Program-made: the position numbers and the translations under genes | NCBI GenBank assembly: GCA_036172245.1 | Contig: JAYWIR010000009.1 | Coordinates: forward strand, 1,550,001 to 1,614,000 | DNA length: 64,000 nt | Direction: 5' to 3' | Source: Raillietiella orientalis | Lineage: Eukaryota | In this document: one piece after another, positions 1-13,499 of the stretch | Position numbering within the stretch: position 1 is the first letter of the stretch | How the letters are laid out: the number at the start of each line of letters is the position of its first letter | Notes under the pieces: generated by a model | The model's database searches: none | What the model was told of the DNA's origin: nothing | Seen by the model: the letters and a program-made list of their open reading frames with translations, nothing else

Positions 1-2649
1 ACTCCCATCCGCGGGTTGCCATGGTGGTCTTCCCCCCGTTCCCCTTTGGAGGCAATCTGTTTTTCCGGCAACTGGAGGTTCCGGAAGGTGCATTATTTGA
101 TCACGGCGGGGCTATCATTACTCCATTCAGACGGTCTAATGACAGCTCGACACACATCCAGCTCTCGTTACGAGCGAGACATCCTCGTGTCCAATGAGGC
201 TGGACAGGACCGTGCCCCGCTTATTAGAGCGGTCGCCCCGTCTCCACGCATGGGAAACGGATGGTCTCTTCCTTGATTTACGAGCCCTGAGATGCGATGC
301 CAAAATTGCCACCTCGCTGGAGCGCACACCTCCCATCAGGGAACGACTGCCCAATGGGTTCACGCAATGGCTCAATTACGCCAGCTCGACTGACCGCTTC
401 TGCCTCGGATGGGAGTGAAGAGGAGGGATCAGGAGAGGAGGAGGAAGAAGAGGGGGAGGAGGAAAGCAGCTTTCTGCAAAGCTGATCCCGAATTGACGGA
501 AACGGCATCGCGGAAGTTTCCATAGTTACGCTTCCTCGCCGCAGCGAAGCAGCAGGAGTTGGTGCGTCAACAGAGGAGGGCTGTTGTTTTTTTCTTTTTT
601 GTCCGGAGGGCTCTTGCGCTGAAGGATGCTGCCCCCCCATCCGAGGCAGGCCAGGGATCCTCGGAATGGTGACGCGGAAGAAAGAAGGGGGGTCCGGGTG
701 TCGTTTCCCCTCCTCCCCCTGGGCACAGAGCAGGACTTCATCGTGCACTGGCGGCACTAATCCGCAGCGGTTGGCCGGAAGCAGAACGCGCCACCAGACC
801 AAGAGCGAGTGCCATCCCTCTTTCCCACCCGAGGCCGAAAACGAAACCCCGGTTCCCAGCATACTCAGCTCAGCTCGCGCGCTGTTCCGCGAGGAAGAAT
901 CTGAGAGAAGAAATAAATGGGTGGATGGAGAGCCTCGGTGAACTCTCTTCGTCTAAGCCCCGCGCTGGCGGCCGCCACCGACCTCCGTCACAGCCGGACG
1001 ACAGCGGTGATTCCCATTAGGTTCCCCTCGACCACCCAGCGTCGATCCCTCGACCAAGTCTCTCCAGCGTGGTTCCTTCCTCTTCATCCGCGCTCCGCCG
1101 TGCATCGCGACGACTGAAGCCTGCGATACGGACGACGGGAGTTAGAGGAATTCCAGTGTATCCCAAAGGCTCGGGACCCACCCGGCAGGATCGGAGGCGG
1201 AGGGGGCGGGAGACCAGGGCAACCTTCCCTGGCAGAACCCCTCTGAAAGAGGTGGGAAGGAGACGCGCCCGTACAGGGAGATTCAGGCCTGGAGCATCTG
1301 CGAAGATGTCGCCGCTCACGTGCTTTCCTTCGATAGCTGCCTCGCCGCCGCCAGCTCTCCCGTGTGCTGCTCGGGGAAGCGGCGGTCCTGGCATGAGGCA
1401 CGCACGTGGGGTCGCCTTCCGGAGCCTCCTCCTCCCGGGCCCTTACCCCTCACACTTTCCGGTGGTCGTCCGCGTCTCGAGCCAGGTCCTGGATCCGACA
1501 CAGCTCCTCCGTGACCGGTAAGGAGCACCTTCCAGGTCCGCGGGCTCCGATTCCCCGAGCTCCAGGGCGTCTGCGGCAGCATCCTCCCCGAGAACCGCAG
1601 GGCGAGCCCCCGCTTCCCCCTGCGTCTGCGGCGGCGGCTGTCTGGTTTCCTGACTCTTCGTCTTCGCTCGCACCTTCCCGCTTCCTTCCTGCCTCCCCGA
1701 GATTCCAGAAATACCTGAGCAATTAATCTGTTATTTGCAAACCCGATTTATTACCGAAATTTTCTTATCAGCATTCCAAACCAACGATGGGATGCTGAAT
1801 CTCCTGACTTGGCATCTTCACTGACAAGTTGCGCAAAGCTGACAAAGATTTACCGCCGATCATTTATCAGGAGCAGCTCCAGCGCAAGATTTGTATAGTT
1901 AGCTCCCGTGCGAATAATTACGTGCTCAAAGTGCTTCTCCTTTTCTGGTCCATGACAGTGAGCGAGGAACAAGTACTCTTCTTTTTCTTTTCTTTTTTTT
2001 TTTTTTTTTTTTTCGCTTTTACCTCGTGGATTTATAGAGTTTCTTGTCGCTGGATATCTGTTTGTTTTTCTTCCCGAGGATTTCTTCATCAGCGTGCCTT
2101 TCTCTCTCCTCTTTCCCCCATACCACCACCAACCTTTACCTCCTCCGCTATCTTCCGCTGACAGCATGCAACTTTACGCTTCATTAATACCATTCCATTA
2201 TCTCGGTAAAAATATATCAGATGACTGTTCCACAGCTGCCAGAAATTATTCAGCGCGATCTTCGAACCCGGCATGATAGATACCAATTCCGAGGACAGTT
2301 GAAACCAATAGCAGCGGTTGCCGTTTGGTTGCGGCGATCCAGCTGGAAGTTTCATCCTTTCCTGAAGGTGCGAAGCTCGACCTCGCAGCGCACCGTTCCC
2401 AAGGAACCGTCCGCACAGATGGCAGACGCCGCGCGCGCGGACGACACCTATCTTCAGCCCACTGTCAGCTGGGTCGGGCGCCCGACCCACCTATCTGTCG
2501 CTATGAGCCGGACGACCGCGGTCGCCACCCAGCGGCCTTTGCCACGCAACGCACGCCTGCTAAAATGGGGGGGGGGGGGGGGAAAAATTCCGAAAAAAAA
2601 GGCGTCGCTCGCGCTTCCTGCGTTTCCCGCTGCCGGCAGCGCTCTTTGC

Positions 2650-3800
2650 AGCTTGTCGCCGCCGTCGCCGAAATGGACAGTGACTTTTCCAATCTTCCTG
2701 AGCCGCTCGGCGATTCCGAAAATCATTTCTGGCGACCTCAGGGTCTCCTGCAGAGTGGTGGGTCTTTATTTTGGCCTGCAGGGAACACGGGCACGTGCAG
2801 AGGACCTGCTTTCTGCAGCGATCCTTTACCTCCGGAGGGAGTGGACAAGAACCGTTCGCAGTGCCTCATTTCCTCGGGCGCAGACTCCAGCGCTTCTCTC
2901 CGATGCAGACTGGTCCGCTCCCGCCCAGAATCAGAGGACCTGTCGGACATGGGTGTCTGGAAAACGTGGTCTGGAAATGCCCCACCGCGACGGCTGACTC
3001 GTAGTGCCACGGGGAAAGACAGAGCACACCTATTAACACGGAAGCAGCACGGGGCGCTCCTTGATTCGCTGCGATGGCAGGAGTGGAGATGCCCTGTGTC
3101 GTGGGGGCGAGGACGCTTCCAGGAAAGTTTACAGACTCGTTCTTCTTCCTGGAAGTTTTTCAGGCGTCTCGGTTCTTCAGAGGCTCGCACGGCAGGAGCG
3201 CATTGCTCTCGAGGTTTCCGTTATCCACCAACTGACCGGAAAACTCTTGTGGAACAGCCGTTCTCCTCTCTCCAAGCTGGGAGAGATCTGCCCCACCCCT
3301 GCATGAGGATCAGCCCCTCCTATGCATTGCCATATGGGGATTTACAGCCGGGCCGTCGGATTCCACCATTGACGACGGTCACCTGCTCGAGCAGCTCCGC
3401 TGGTACCACAGGGGCACCAGGCGGAATGACCTCGGACTGCTCGAAAATTCTCCATTCGCTTGGTTCAGCACGAACGCAGTTCCTCCTCCAGAAGACTTCT
3501 TTGTTTGCGTTCGACTCCGATGGATTGTGACATCTCGGAGCGAACGGCGGCGACTGCCCGGGCCGATTTTCCAGGCTGGTGAAGCCTGGAGCGGAAAATC
3601 GGCCCGGCGCTACCCGCTCCCCCCGATGTCCTGATGGAACATATGGGCGCAGCAGCAGCCTTGGGTCCAGACGGGAGGAGGACCGGGTGAGTGGACGACG
3701 GGCCAGCTCACGGACGCTGAGACCCCGATTGCCCCACTTTGTGGACTTTTGCGCTGGGGCGAGCTACTGGCTATTGTGCTCTCGGACAGACGCACACCCT
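2650..3800 (+). mobile_element. Decayed reverse transcriptase of an RLE-type non-LTR retrotransposon (Utopia/NeSL-like)
   Basis: Ordered motif remnants across frames: ENHFW; EWRCPVS (~NWRPIS); KVYRL (~IYKL); RGF....D...VEQPF..LQ (~QKGF.P.DG..EH.F.LQ); LCIAIW/DL (~LCIAWLDL); VDD (~YADD). Recognised by eye only. Confidence 0.45.
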
Positions 3801-4239
3801 CCCATTAAAAGTGGCGGGAGTCGGCGTTGATGCTGCCGCACTGGGGCCTACCGTGCAACCTCCTGGAGCTCCGCAAAGGCTTTGAGCGCACCCACTTTCG
3901 ACGGGAAGCCAGCAAAAAAAAAAAAAAAAAAACACAACGCTGCGGGATGACCGAGAGAGGTTCGGCTAGGCGCCGGGGGCGGAGGAACGCTCTCGGTGCC
4001 TAGGAAAGTCCCGGAGGGTTTTCTCAATCTGGAAAAGCTGGAGGGGACGGGAGGGGGGGGGGGGAAATACGAGAAAAGAGGGATGAAACGCACGGGAAGA
4101 ATCCTTTTTTTAAGGAAGCGACTTTCAGTTCCAGAGCAGGAAGAAGATTTGGGAACGGCGCTTCCATTCCCATCTGACGGGTGCGCGCAGCAGCGCGCGC
4201 TACCTGAATGAGGCCGCCGTGCGCCTGTAATATATGCGT

Positions 4240-4279
<40 letters not shown>

Positions 4280-6449
4280 TACATGTCCCAGCTGGCCAGT
4301 TCACGACTGCTCTCCGGAGGACTGGGAAGAGGATTTCAGCTCGCCTTCCAGCAAACCTCTTCCTCTTTGACTATCTTTTGTTTCTTGTTGCGATGAGCTC
4401 CCTCTGGAAGACGCAGATGTTCCCGAGGCCGAGCCTTATCTGTGCTGCCATTGTTCGATGCGTTTCCCAAGTTGAACGAGCGGTTCTGGAAAGCAGAGCA
4501 CGTAGTTGAAAGAGCGTGCCGCATTCTGGACCGGAGACCCGTCTCCGGGATGAGATGCTGGTCGACCGCTGCGCCCGCTCGAGACCCCTCCCAGCTTCGG
4601 TTTTCGGCGTTTCGAAGGAGCTCGCAAAGGCGGTAAGCGAAGGCGGAAGCAGCCCCCTTCCCCCTCCGAAGAAGAACCGGGTGCCCTCGCCGAGACGTAA
4701 GTAAGCGTTTGGAAATAAATGAAATAAACGTTCCATTTTTTTTTTAATTCACTTTCATTGATTCGTGTCGCTTCGTAATTGCGCGTTCGCTGGAGAAAGG
4801 GAGCGAGTGATCAACACATGCGCTGGCGCTTCCAGACGGATGCCTGGCCGTAGATAAAACTGGTTCTCCTCCGGGCCTGGCGTTCCAGACGCTCCTTAAG
4901 ACGAGGTGCTCTCGGGAAGCACTTGGACCGTCTCGCTACCACCCTGGGACCTCAGCAACGACGGAGGTTCGGGAACGCTGCTCGTTCGAAGGCGTGTGGT
5001 CTCCCCTGGCCGCACCACGGAAGCGGCGCTCCGGATCCACGCGCACCACCCCAAGCAGCAGCAGCAGCAGCAGCAGAACCCGTGTCCGAAAAGGCACGGG
5101 GGAGGGGCCTGCCGTCGAAACCAAGGCGGCAGCTCGCGATTCCAGAAAAAAAAAAGCGTCCAGACTGCGTCGGCGGCGCAGTTCGAGGAGTCCCGTCCAG
5201 AGCAAGTGCGACGACGCCGGCTCACCTTCTGCCAGAATGCTCTTATCTTTGTTTACTTCCCGTGGATGCGGATAAGGCACGCGTTTCCAAGCCTCATTTC
5301 GTCGAGCCGGGACTGCGAAGGACTCGGAATTCCTCTTCGCAAGAGTTTATCCAATCCGCGGCAAATGGTTCCCATTGTGTAAGCATCCCACGACTTCTCC
5401 TCTTCGGGGGTCTGTGTTTACGTGCAGACCTGTCATCACATTAAAAACTGCCGTCTTCCTCGACTCCATTGGTGCGCATCCAGGGTTTACTACGCTCGGA
5501 AAAAACGAGGATATTACGGAGGCGCGTCCCGTTTCCGGCGTGTTCGCAAACAACTGATCGGGAATATCTGCGCCTCCTTTTTATTTATCGGGAACTTTCC
5601 GTAGAGTGCACACGCAGCGAGCGTACACCAGCCGGGGAAGGGGAAGAAGAAGAAGAAGAAGAAGAAGGTTTCTCTCCTCCCGCTGGCGCTCTGGCTGCGT
5701 TCGAACGGGGCGCGTCTCGTCGTCACCCGGCGACCTCTTCGCCGCCCGTCTGCGTGCGTGCGTACGTTTTATTGCCCCGGAGCCGGGCTGCTTTGTTTCT
5801 CGAGGAAAAAGAGTTCATCAGCTTCGCGCATCTGGGATCACCTGCCAATTTTTGAAAATCCAGGAAGAATTTTAATTGTCGCGTTTCTTTGTTCTCGCGC
5901 TGATTTGTTTTCCTTTTCTCTTTTTTTGTGTTTTGTGTTTTTTTTTTTTTTTTTTTTCGTTTTGCTCCCCCCTTCCAGCCTTCCTCCCTGCTCCCCCTCC
6001 GCTGCGCTCGACTCTCTCTCTGCGCCTGAAACGACGTTCAGATTATGTGCCAGTGATCAAAGTCGACATCCAGAAATTACCAGCGTCTTTTCCGGTATCC
6101 GGGGATCGTTCCGCGCGTATTTCGCGCGATGTGCACTTTCAGCTGCGGGGAACCTGAGCCTTCTTGCACTGTGACCTTACAAGGGAAGCTGGATGCCGAG
6201 GACCGTTCTCTTCGGAAGCACGCCCGACCGCTGAGAGGAGGTGAGCGTGCACGCGCGCTCTCGCTCCTTCGCCACCCGCGGACGCACCTGGGCAGTCGGC
6301 CTGCTCGCTTGCCGGTGGCGCTGCTCCTCACCCGCGCCGCAGCCTCCGGACGCTGTCGGCTCTTTTGCTCTTCGCGGGGCCCGCCCGTTGGCCCCCCTCC
6401 TCCTGCGAAAGCCGCCCGGGATGGATTTCGCTCGTCGAGCGAGGATGAG

Positions 6450-7070
6450 GCGGGACGCGAGCAGCACTGGCGCGCCGAGCCGGCTCCTCGGGCGTCACCC
6501 CCGCTTTTACGAGACGTGCGTCACTGCTCCCCTGGTGGCGAACGCGTACGAATCGAACGGAGCGGGCGGGTGCTCTCAGACGTCGTGGGTGTTTGCTTTG
6601 GGAACTCGGAGGTGGGTGGCCAGGATGACACGCTCGCTGCTGAAGAAAGAGGGGGGGGAAAAAAGCGTTCATAGTTTTCATCTGGCTCTAGGTCCCCAAT
6701 AAAAAAGATTTCTCGCCACTCTGGGGCATCGTCAGTCGAGCAACCCAAGCGCTCGGGCCGTAATTTCACGGACGAACGTTCCAGAAAACGAGCCTTTTAG
6801 CTGACGCTCGTTGTGTGGCGTCAGTGTGGCACCCGTGTCTCCGATGCTGCTCGCAGACTCTGCGCGCTTCTCGCTTAGAAGCCGTCGCGAAGGAAATTAT
6901 CTGGGATGGATGAGAAGTCGCAGATCTGTAACCCCACCGTTTCTTCACCCGCATGCATGGCAGCGGACCACTGCTCCGCGAGGAGGAAGCGAAGAATTCG
7001 CGCCCCAGGCTTCCCGTCTCGTTGCCGGAATCTGCGGCTTTCCCCTGTCCCGTCAGCATTCGGCGCAAAG
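6450..7070 (-). mobile_element. Possible decayed C-terminal part of an RLE non-LTR element
   Basis: LTGQGKAADS...FF (~KPDQGK..S.HF), ARRVC (~CRRC) and GDLEPD (~LRPD) occur in the expected order in ORFs 6766..7068 and 6521..6769. Confidence 0.3.
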
Positions 7071-7299
7071 ACGCCCCGGGGTCTCCTGAAGCTGTGGTCC
7101 GTTTTCAAAATGGCCCCTCCGTAGGACGAAACGCCTCGCCGGTAGCACAGCAGCTGGACCTCGGGCCCGATCGCGCGCGCGACTTTTCGGTGAGTTCGGA
7201 GGAGGTGGGCGACACGCCGTCCCCTGCGAGCTCCCCGTCGGACGGCGAGACTCCTGCGGGAGTCTCTGGAAAAAGGTGGGCAACTGCGCGTCGAGCGCA

Positions 7300-7336
<37 letters not shown>

Positions 7337-8249
7337 GCCCCCTCCGATGCGACTCGGAAAGAGAAGCGAGGGTGATCGTTGTTCTCTCGAGGAAGGGGAT
7401 GTAGCAGGAGAGGGGGGAAAACCCCGAGGTCAAAAGGATTCCGCGTTTGCCTGCATGTCATGAGTCACCGAGAGATAATTCGGACAGGGTAGAGCTGGCG
7501 CGAAGACACTCGAAGCGGAGTGGTGACGGCTGAGGCTATCACCATCGGTATGTGCGATAATCATGAGATGCAGGATGTGTGTTTAATCTGGATTCTTGCG
7601 TGCGGAGAGATAGCTTCGCGAACACCACGCGTGCAGCACCCGCGCGGCTCGGCCCGCTCGGATGAACCGAGGCTGAGAGGAACTGCAGTGCAAGAACGGG
7701 TGTCCGCTGCCTCGATCAAGGTTGGGTGGGTGGCCAATGGCGCATGACGTGCCCTTCTTACGCGCGAGAACATAGGGCCGCACCGAAGAGGCTTTCCCTT
7801 TTCAGGAGTTCACCGGGCTGCGCGGGCACAACTGAGCCTCCCTACCACCTGAAAACCTGCTGCCTCCCCTGCCCAGATTCCGGCAGCCACCTTTGCGGAG
7901 GGGGGAGGGACTGGTCCAGCCACCGCGGGGGGGTTCCTGAACCGTACGCGGGCGCCTCACGCGCTGCGCAAGCTGTGCGGGAGCCGGCTCTCGAAACCCC
8001 CCGCACGACCAGCAGAGGGGGGCTCGAGAAAACCTGAAAAAGCAAACGCCGGGAGGGAGGGTGCACGCGCTGCTGTCCACCGAAAGTAGAAAGGTGCTTT
8101 TACCGTTCAGGTTCCCTAACCTCACAGCATGCAAGCAGGAGAGCAGAGCGCAAGAGCGGTTGCCATCCGACCGCAGTGTGCTCCGAACCCTCTCTCTCTC
8201 TCTCTCTCTCTCCATGGCGGAAAGACCTCAGCGGCCTCCAGGAACGTGT

Positions 8250-10500
8250 TTCCCTGTTCACAGCGCCCAGGCTCCTCCGCGTTCGTCAGAGAAAGCGGAT
8301 GTTCTCTCTTGAGATGTACCTTCGTGTCCTCCAAACCGAAACCTGTGGTAGAACAGGTGCTGCTTCACCACTCTATTGGAGACGGAGGCAGCAAGGAGGA
8401 AATCCTCGCATCTCTCGCGCTTCCCGGCGACGTGCAGAGAAGGACGAAACCGAGGCGGTGAGGGTGGAGTCTGATCTCAAGAGAGCAGCTCATCTTCTCT
8501 GCCCTCTGGAGTGATGTTCCGCGCACGAGGAAGATGAATGGGATGCAGAGAAGGCGCGCGCCTAGCAAGCGCGTAGTTTCTCTTTCAGTCCTCGTCGGAG
8601 GAGGTGAGGGACTCCGCGGCATCTCGGGAAGGAGCGAATTCGCTCTGAGGAGGACAGCTCACAAGTTCCCTCGAGGAAGAGGAGGCAGCGAGAGAGAGAA
8701 TGGAAATGCCGGAGTAGTTATGGGATCTAAGGAGGAGAAAACGTCCAGGGATTGCAGTTTGGGAAAAGACGGAGAAGATGGCCGGATCTTCAGGGATCGA
8801 CCCGGATCGCAAGAAAAATCTTGGACACTGGATCTCGGTTTGAAGAAACGGCCCGAAAAGACCACTCGCGTGGGAGGAAGAAGCTACGAAGCTAAATTTC
8901 CGGGAAAAAGCAGGAGATTTCGGAGATCAGCAACAGGAGACGAAGGGCAAAAGCGGGAGGATCACCAGCAACCCCCAATCATGGTGCGGCCTTCGACAAG
9001 ACGTCGGAGTCCCTCCACTGAGCGTCGATCCTACGAAAATTTTGGGATGGACTGGTAGAGTCGATGGGATCAGACCCCTCCTTGTAAGGAGCTAAGCTTT
9101 GTCCCCCGGGGATGTGCAACAAGCTCGATGCTGGCGGTTGTCCGCGGTGTCCATTTCCCGGAGGAGGCCTCAGATGCCGGGATACTACCGCTCGCGCCTG
9201 CCCCCACGTGCGCTTTCGAGGAAGGATGGTAACCGCCCCTCAAAGGGAGTGAAACCGGATGAAGACATTCGGTGGTACCAAAAATAAAAGGACCCCTGCG
9301 CACGGGGTGAGAGCAAAAGTCAAATTTTGGGCATTGTCTGAGGAGAAAGCTAAGGGGAAGCTGCTCCGAATGAGCGATTAGCATGATCCCCGGAGATAAA
9401 TCTTGCTGAAGTCTTGGAGGATTTATTTTTGCGAGCTGCGCTCAACGGAACGGTTGTTCGAGAGGTCGCACTCGAAGACTGGGAGGAAAAATCAACTCAG
9501 CATCAGTTTGTCTGCTCCGAAGGCTGGGAGGAAAGGCAAAAAAAAAAAAAAAAAGGAGCGAAAAAAATTTCACGGGAGAGAATGCGGAAACGCCGCTTTC
9601 CGCGTTTCTAGGAAGCACAGCCTCTTATCCGAGATAAGCCCACTGCGAGGGCGGCAGGCGGGCACCGAGAGGTGAAAACGCTGGTAGCCAGGTGCAATTC
9701 AAGACTTTTTTTTTTCTTCTTCTTCTTCTTTTTGCCTTTCGCCTCCGAAAATACTCAACCGCGACCTGAACAGGTCCGCCGTTGGCACCACCTGATGATA
9801 CGGAGACGTTTGGAACTGCTGGCGCCCAACGTTGCGCGAGCAGAGAGACAAGAGCGCGGGTGCTTCAAAAAGTCCTACGCGTCGACTCCGCGGGGCCAGC
9901 CGATCCCCTCCAACGAGCGAGAAAGGGGTGGTTGGCGGCTGCCGTGCCAGATCGGCCGGAAGGAAGCCCCCCTCGCGGGAAACGAGACTGGGACATGCTT
10001 CCTGGGAGAGTCGGAAGTGGTCACGAGGCGGCGAACATCTGCGCCAGCAGCCGAAGACGCGTGGAAGAGCACAGGACGCCTGAGGGAGACTCTCCGGAAA
10101 GTCAACCGAACGGACCCGACCCAGCGTGCCGAGACTTCCAAGCAACGCCGTATGAAGGGAGGTGGTCAGGGGCAACGACCGTCGAAGGAAGACCAAGGTG
10201 CGCCGCACCACGGCATCTCGGCTGCTCTCGAAACACCTCCAAAACGAGTGGGACTCTCACCTTTACCCCGGAGCTCCCCCCCCCCGCGCAATCGGGATGT
10301 GCAACCAGCCTGCGAGTGTATTGATCCAAGGTTCGCAGATGTGCTCCAAGTCATCTGGGAGATGCATTCTCATTGGTCAGTTATTGAATTCGAGCAAGAG
10401 GAACTTGCAGACGGCAGCATCATTTCGCCGTGGGGCCGGTCCTCGATGCTGTAGACCCTGGCGATTTCACCTGCGGCTAGTTTTTGAACGAGGAGAGGAG
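8250..10500 (+). mobile_element. Decayed RLE-type non-LTR retrotransposon (RT plus post-RT region)
   Basis: Ordered remnants: VVEQVLLHHSIGD (~EH.FLL..I.D); VQG-CSL (~QGCPL); LSFVPRGCAT (~L.FNP.KCAT); then in ORF 9672..10454 CFKK, CFLGE, DAWKSTGR, KEDQG (~KPDQG) and RFAD (~RFADW). Confidence 0.45.
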
Positions 10501-11799
10501 AGATGGCTCGGGTGGCCTCCCAGAAGTCCCGACTCGCGATTCTTCTTTATCCATGCTGAGGCCTTTCGCGAAAGAAGGAAAGAAAAAGAAGGGGCGGACA
10601 TCGAAGGACGAAAACTGAAAGTCTGTAGCGCATCCCCGAGTCGGTTGGCCTAAAGCCTCTCGGAAAAACTCTCCGTTGCTGCCCACCGACCACCCCACCC
10701 CAACCCTGCTATGAGCTGGAGGTGGCGGCACCTGCGTGAACCTGCTGCTGCCAAAGAGGACATCTGGAGAATTGGCCCTCGCTCTCGCCCGACAGCAGCC
10801 GCCCGTGGCAAACTGCGTTCAACGAGAGTTCATGCGGTTTAGAGATGGATTCTCTCAGACCGGGCGTAGGGCTGTGCTTCGAGGAGGGGAGCATCGAGTC
10901 GTAAGGAGTCGAATTTTCTGGGCCATTTCTGGCACTCGCGAAAGCTCGCGTTAGCGGCAGCAGCCGCGGAGCTGGAAAAGGGTGGAGGCGCGCGTCGAGT
11001 TCCCCGCTAAGAGAAGAACGCCAAGGTGGCTACAAGGTTTGGTGGCAGCGGAACACAGGGGTTCGGGTGGTCGAGGACATCGGTTTTCATCGGTTAGAAG
11101 TCGGTCTCCGGGATGGCTTCACGCGGGAAGTATCGCGGAGCGCCTGCCGCACCCTGGGCAGGACTCGAGACCCGGTCACACACGCCGAACATATCACGTG
11201 CGCGCGCGCGCTCACAGGCACACCCCGTGGGAACCTCTGGTTGTTGCTATCCCATGCCAGAAGATGCAGACCACGGTCGCTACAGGGAGACTGCCAACTT
11301 GACACGAGAGCGACCTGGCCATATGTGGGAGCCAACGCGATAAGGGACACGCGTGCGACGGCGGATCTCTCAGCTCGAGCGATTCAGTGCGCATTTGCGA
11401 GGATGCAAGCCGCGTGCTCGGGGCAGAAGCCCGCGGTGCGCGTCCTCTGAGATTAACCAGCGGGACGAAAGAGAGAAAGGCGAGGGGAGGAGGCAGGGAC
11501 GACTCGAGAGGTTCCCGGTAGCGGCCCTCGTCTCTCCTGAGGAGGAGGATCCTCATTTGCAAGGCGTAAACAAAACGGCGAACTCCAACTGACGTCGGCA
11601 CTCTGTTTACGCAGTCCGTCTGGAAGGAACTTCGGGAGAGAAGCAGTGACGAAACAGCTAAACACAAAAAGCAGGTTGCTCCTGGGAAGATTTTTCGCAC
11701 CTCCAATTTGTTCGGTCCGATGTGGCGGTCGTGAGTTTTTTTCTTTTTTGTTCGCTGATGCGAGAGCCCGGTTTCCCGAAAGAGCCAGATGTCCTTCTC

Positions 11800-13000
11800 C
11801 AGAAAGGGACATCTCCGATGGCAGCACGCCACGCAGGAGGATGCATCCTTGTCTGTCCCTGGCACAAGAGCGCTCGGGGCGTGCGACGCGCCTGAAGCGG
11901 TCTCTCCTGGGGTGCGACTTTCCCGATTCTTGGGCGGATCCGTAGGTACCGAAAGGCAGGCCAGCTGATGAAACCCCCAAGGGAACGGGCGCTTCCTCCG
12001 TGTCGGATAACAAAAGGCTTCCGAAGACCGATTCTGGTACTTCGTTGCTTCGTGATTCCTGTGGATTCAGAGACTGTGACCTTGCGACAAAAAGACCGCG
12101 AGTACACGTGCAAGGAAAAGCTGGAAGTTCCCTGAGTTCCATGGAAACTGTCGAGCGTTCTCTGGAGCAAGCTTTGTTCCTAGAAGGGGAACAGAAGTCA
12201 GGATAAATAAAAGAACAGGCGCATGGTCACCAGAGGAAGCGTTGCAACCGCCTCCAGGAGGATTCCCGATGACACCTGCTGGAGGTGGATTGCTCCTCGT
12301 CTCACTGATCCCCAACAGGAAGTCCATGACCCACTTGCCGACTGCCCCCCAATCCCTCGAGGCCTTTCGCTCGGAGAAGAAACCACAGCAGCGGCCTCAG
12401 AAGCAATGCCCGCCAGAAAGAACCCGGTTTCCTTGTGACCACCCTCTTCCCCTGACTAGCTGCTATGGGATGCACGGCAAAGTGTTCATAGTGTTTGGAC
12501 TCCGGATGGTCCACAGAACCTCCTGCAGGCACGGAGTATTGGCGTGCAAAAACGCTCGCTCCATTGGAAAGATCCGAAGATTCTCTTCCGCTTCCTTAGT
12601 CTTCCCGACTCCTTCCCGAGAGTCGGAAATCTGGGGTCCGCCGGCGACACCAAAGCAGCCGGATTGCAGGGACAGCTTTCGTATCTCATTTTCAATTTGC
12701 GATGCTATTCACTGTCATGTTATTCACTGCTCACTGGCCCACCGGCTGTTGTTAATCCCCAGATGTGTCCCCAATAAATGTCATGGCTCCAGGAAATATC
12801 GGAACACATCTCTATCCTCTTCTTGAGCTTTTCTGCATGCGTAGGAGGATATCGAGTTCTCTGAGGACCTCGTCGTTCTTCGGGTGCTAGGCTCTCGGCT
12901 ACCCTACCATAGGTACTCTTCGCGAGGCCCGCGCTACTCCGGCAGCTAAGTCCAGGAGCGATCATTTCTTGTGCTTGGTTTCTTATCTTTGCCGTGCTGT
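11800..13000 (-). mobile_element. Decayed RT of an RLE-type non-LTR retrotransposon
   Basis: Minus-strand order: IAPGL; ILRACRRFCGPSGV / YEHFAV (~QKGF.P.DGV.EH); LLWFLLRAKGL; AGV...GC...PVLLFIL..PLL (~GV.QGCPLSP.LF.L..EPL); LNPQESRS (~LNP.KC.S). Confidence 0.5.
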
Positions 13001-13499
13001 TTGTCTTCCCGTGCTGCTGCCGCATTCCCACACTAGCAGGCAACATCGAATGGGAACCAGATCGAGCAAGATGACTCGACGACTCTCATTCTAAAGCACG
13101 AGGTCCGACCCCGGTACTGACTGGCTTAGAGAGGGGGGCATCAGCTCCCGCTTTCATTGGCTGCCCTTCTCTGGTGAAACGACTAATCGTGTCCCTTAGC
13201 AACGAAGCTGAAATTCCCACCCCACGACGTGTATCGAGAACTCTTCCCAGACCGAGCACCTCCTGAAGATTCGACCCCCGCCGCTCGCACGGGCAGTAGG
13301 CTCGAGAGGACTGCAGCGTCTGTGAAGCGGCGATGGAACAACTGTTGGTGATCTCTGGTGCGCAAGACGTGTCTGGATGCACGACGCTGCAGGACGACAC
13401 GGCAGAGGACTTTCCTCTGATGCGGATGCTTCCCGATGAGGGAGTGTCGTGGTCCCCTGCGCTGGAACTGTGTGCGCCCCCAGCGGCGAACACGAACCT

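Noticed and set aside
1..400. Possible additional RT remnant on the minus strand (FPDG...ILA...VSHAWRR)
   Set aside because: Too short and truncated by the window edge to support.
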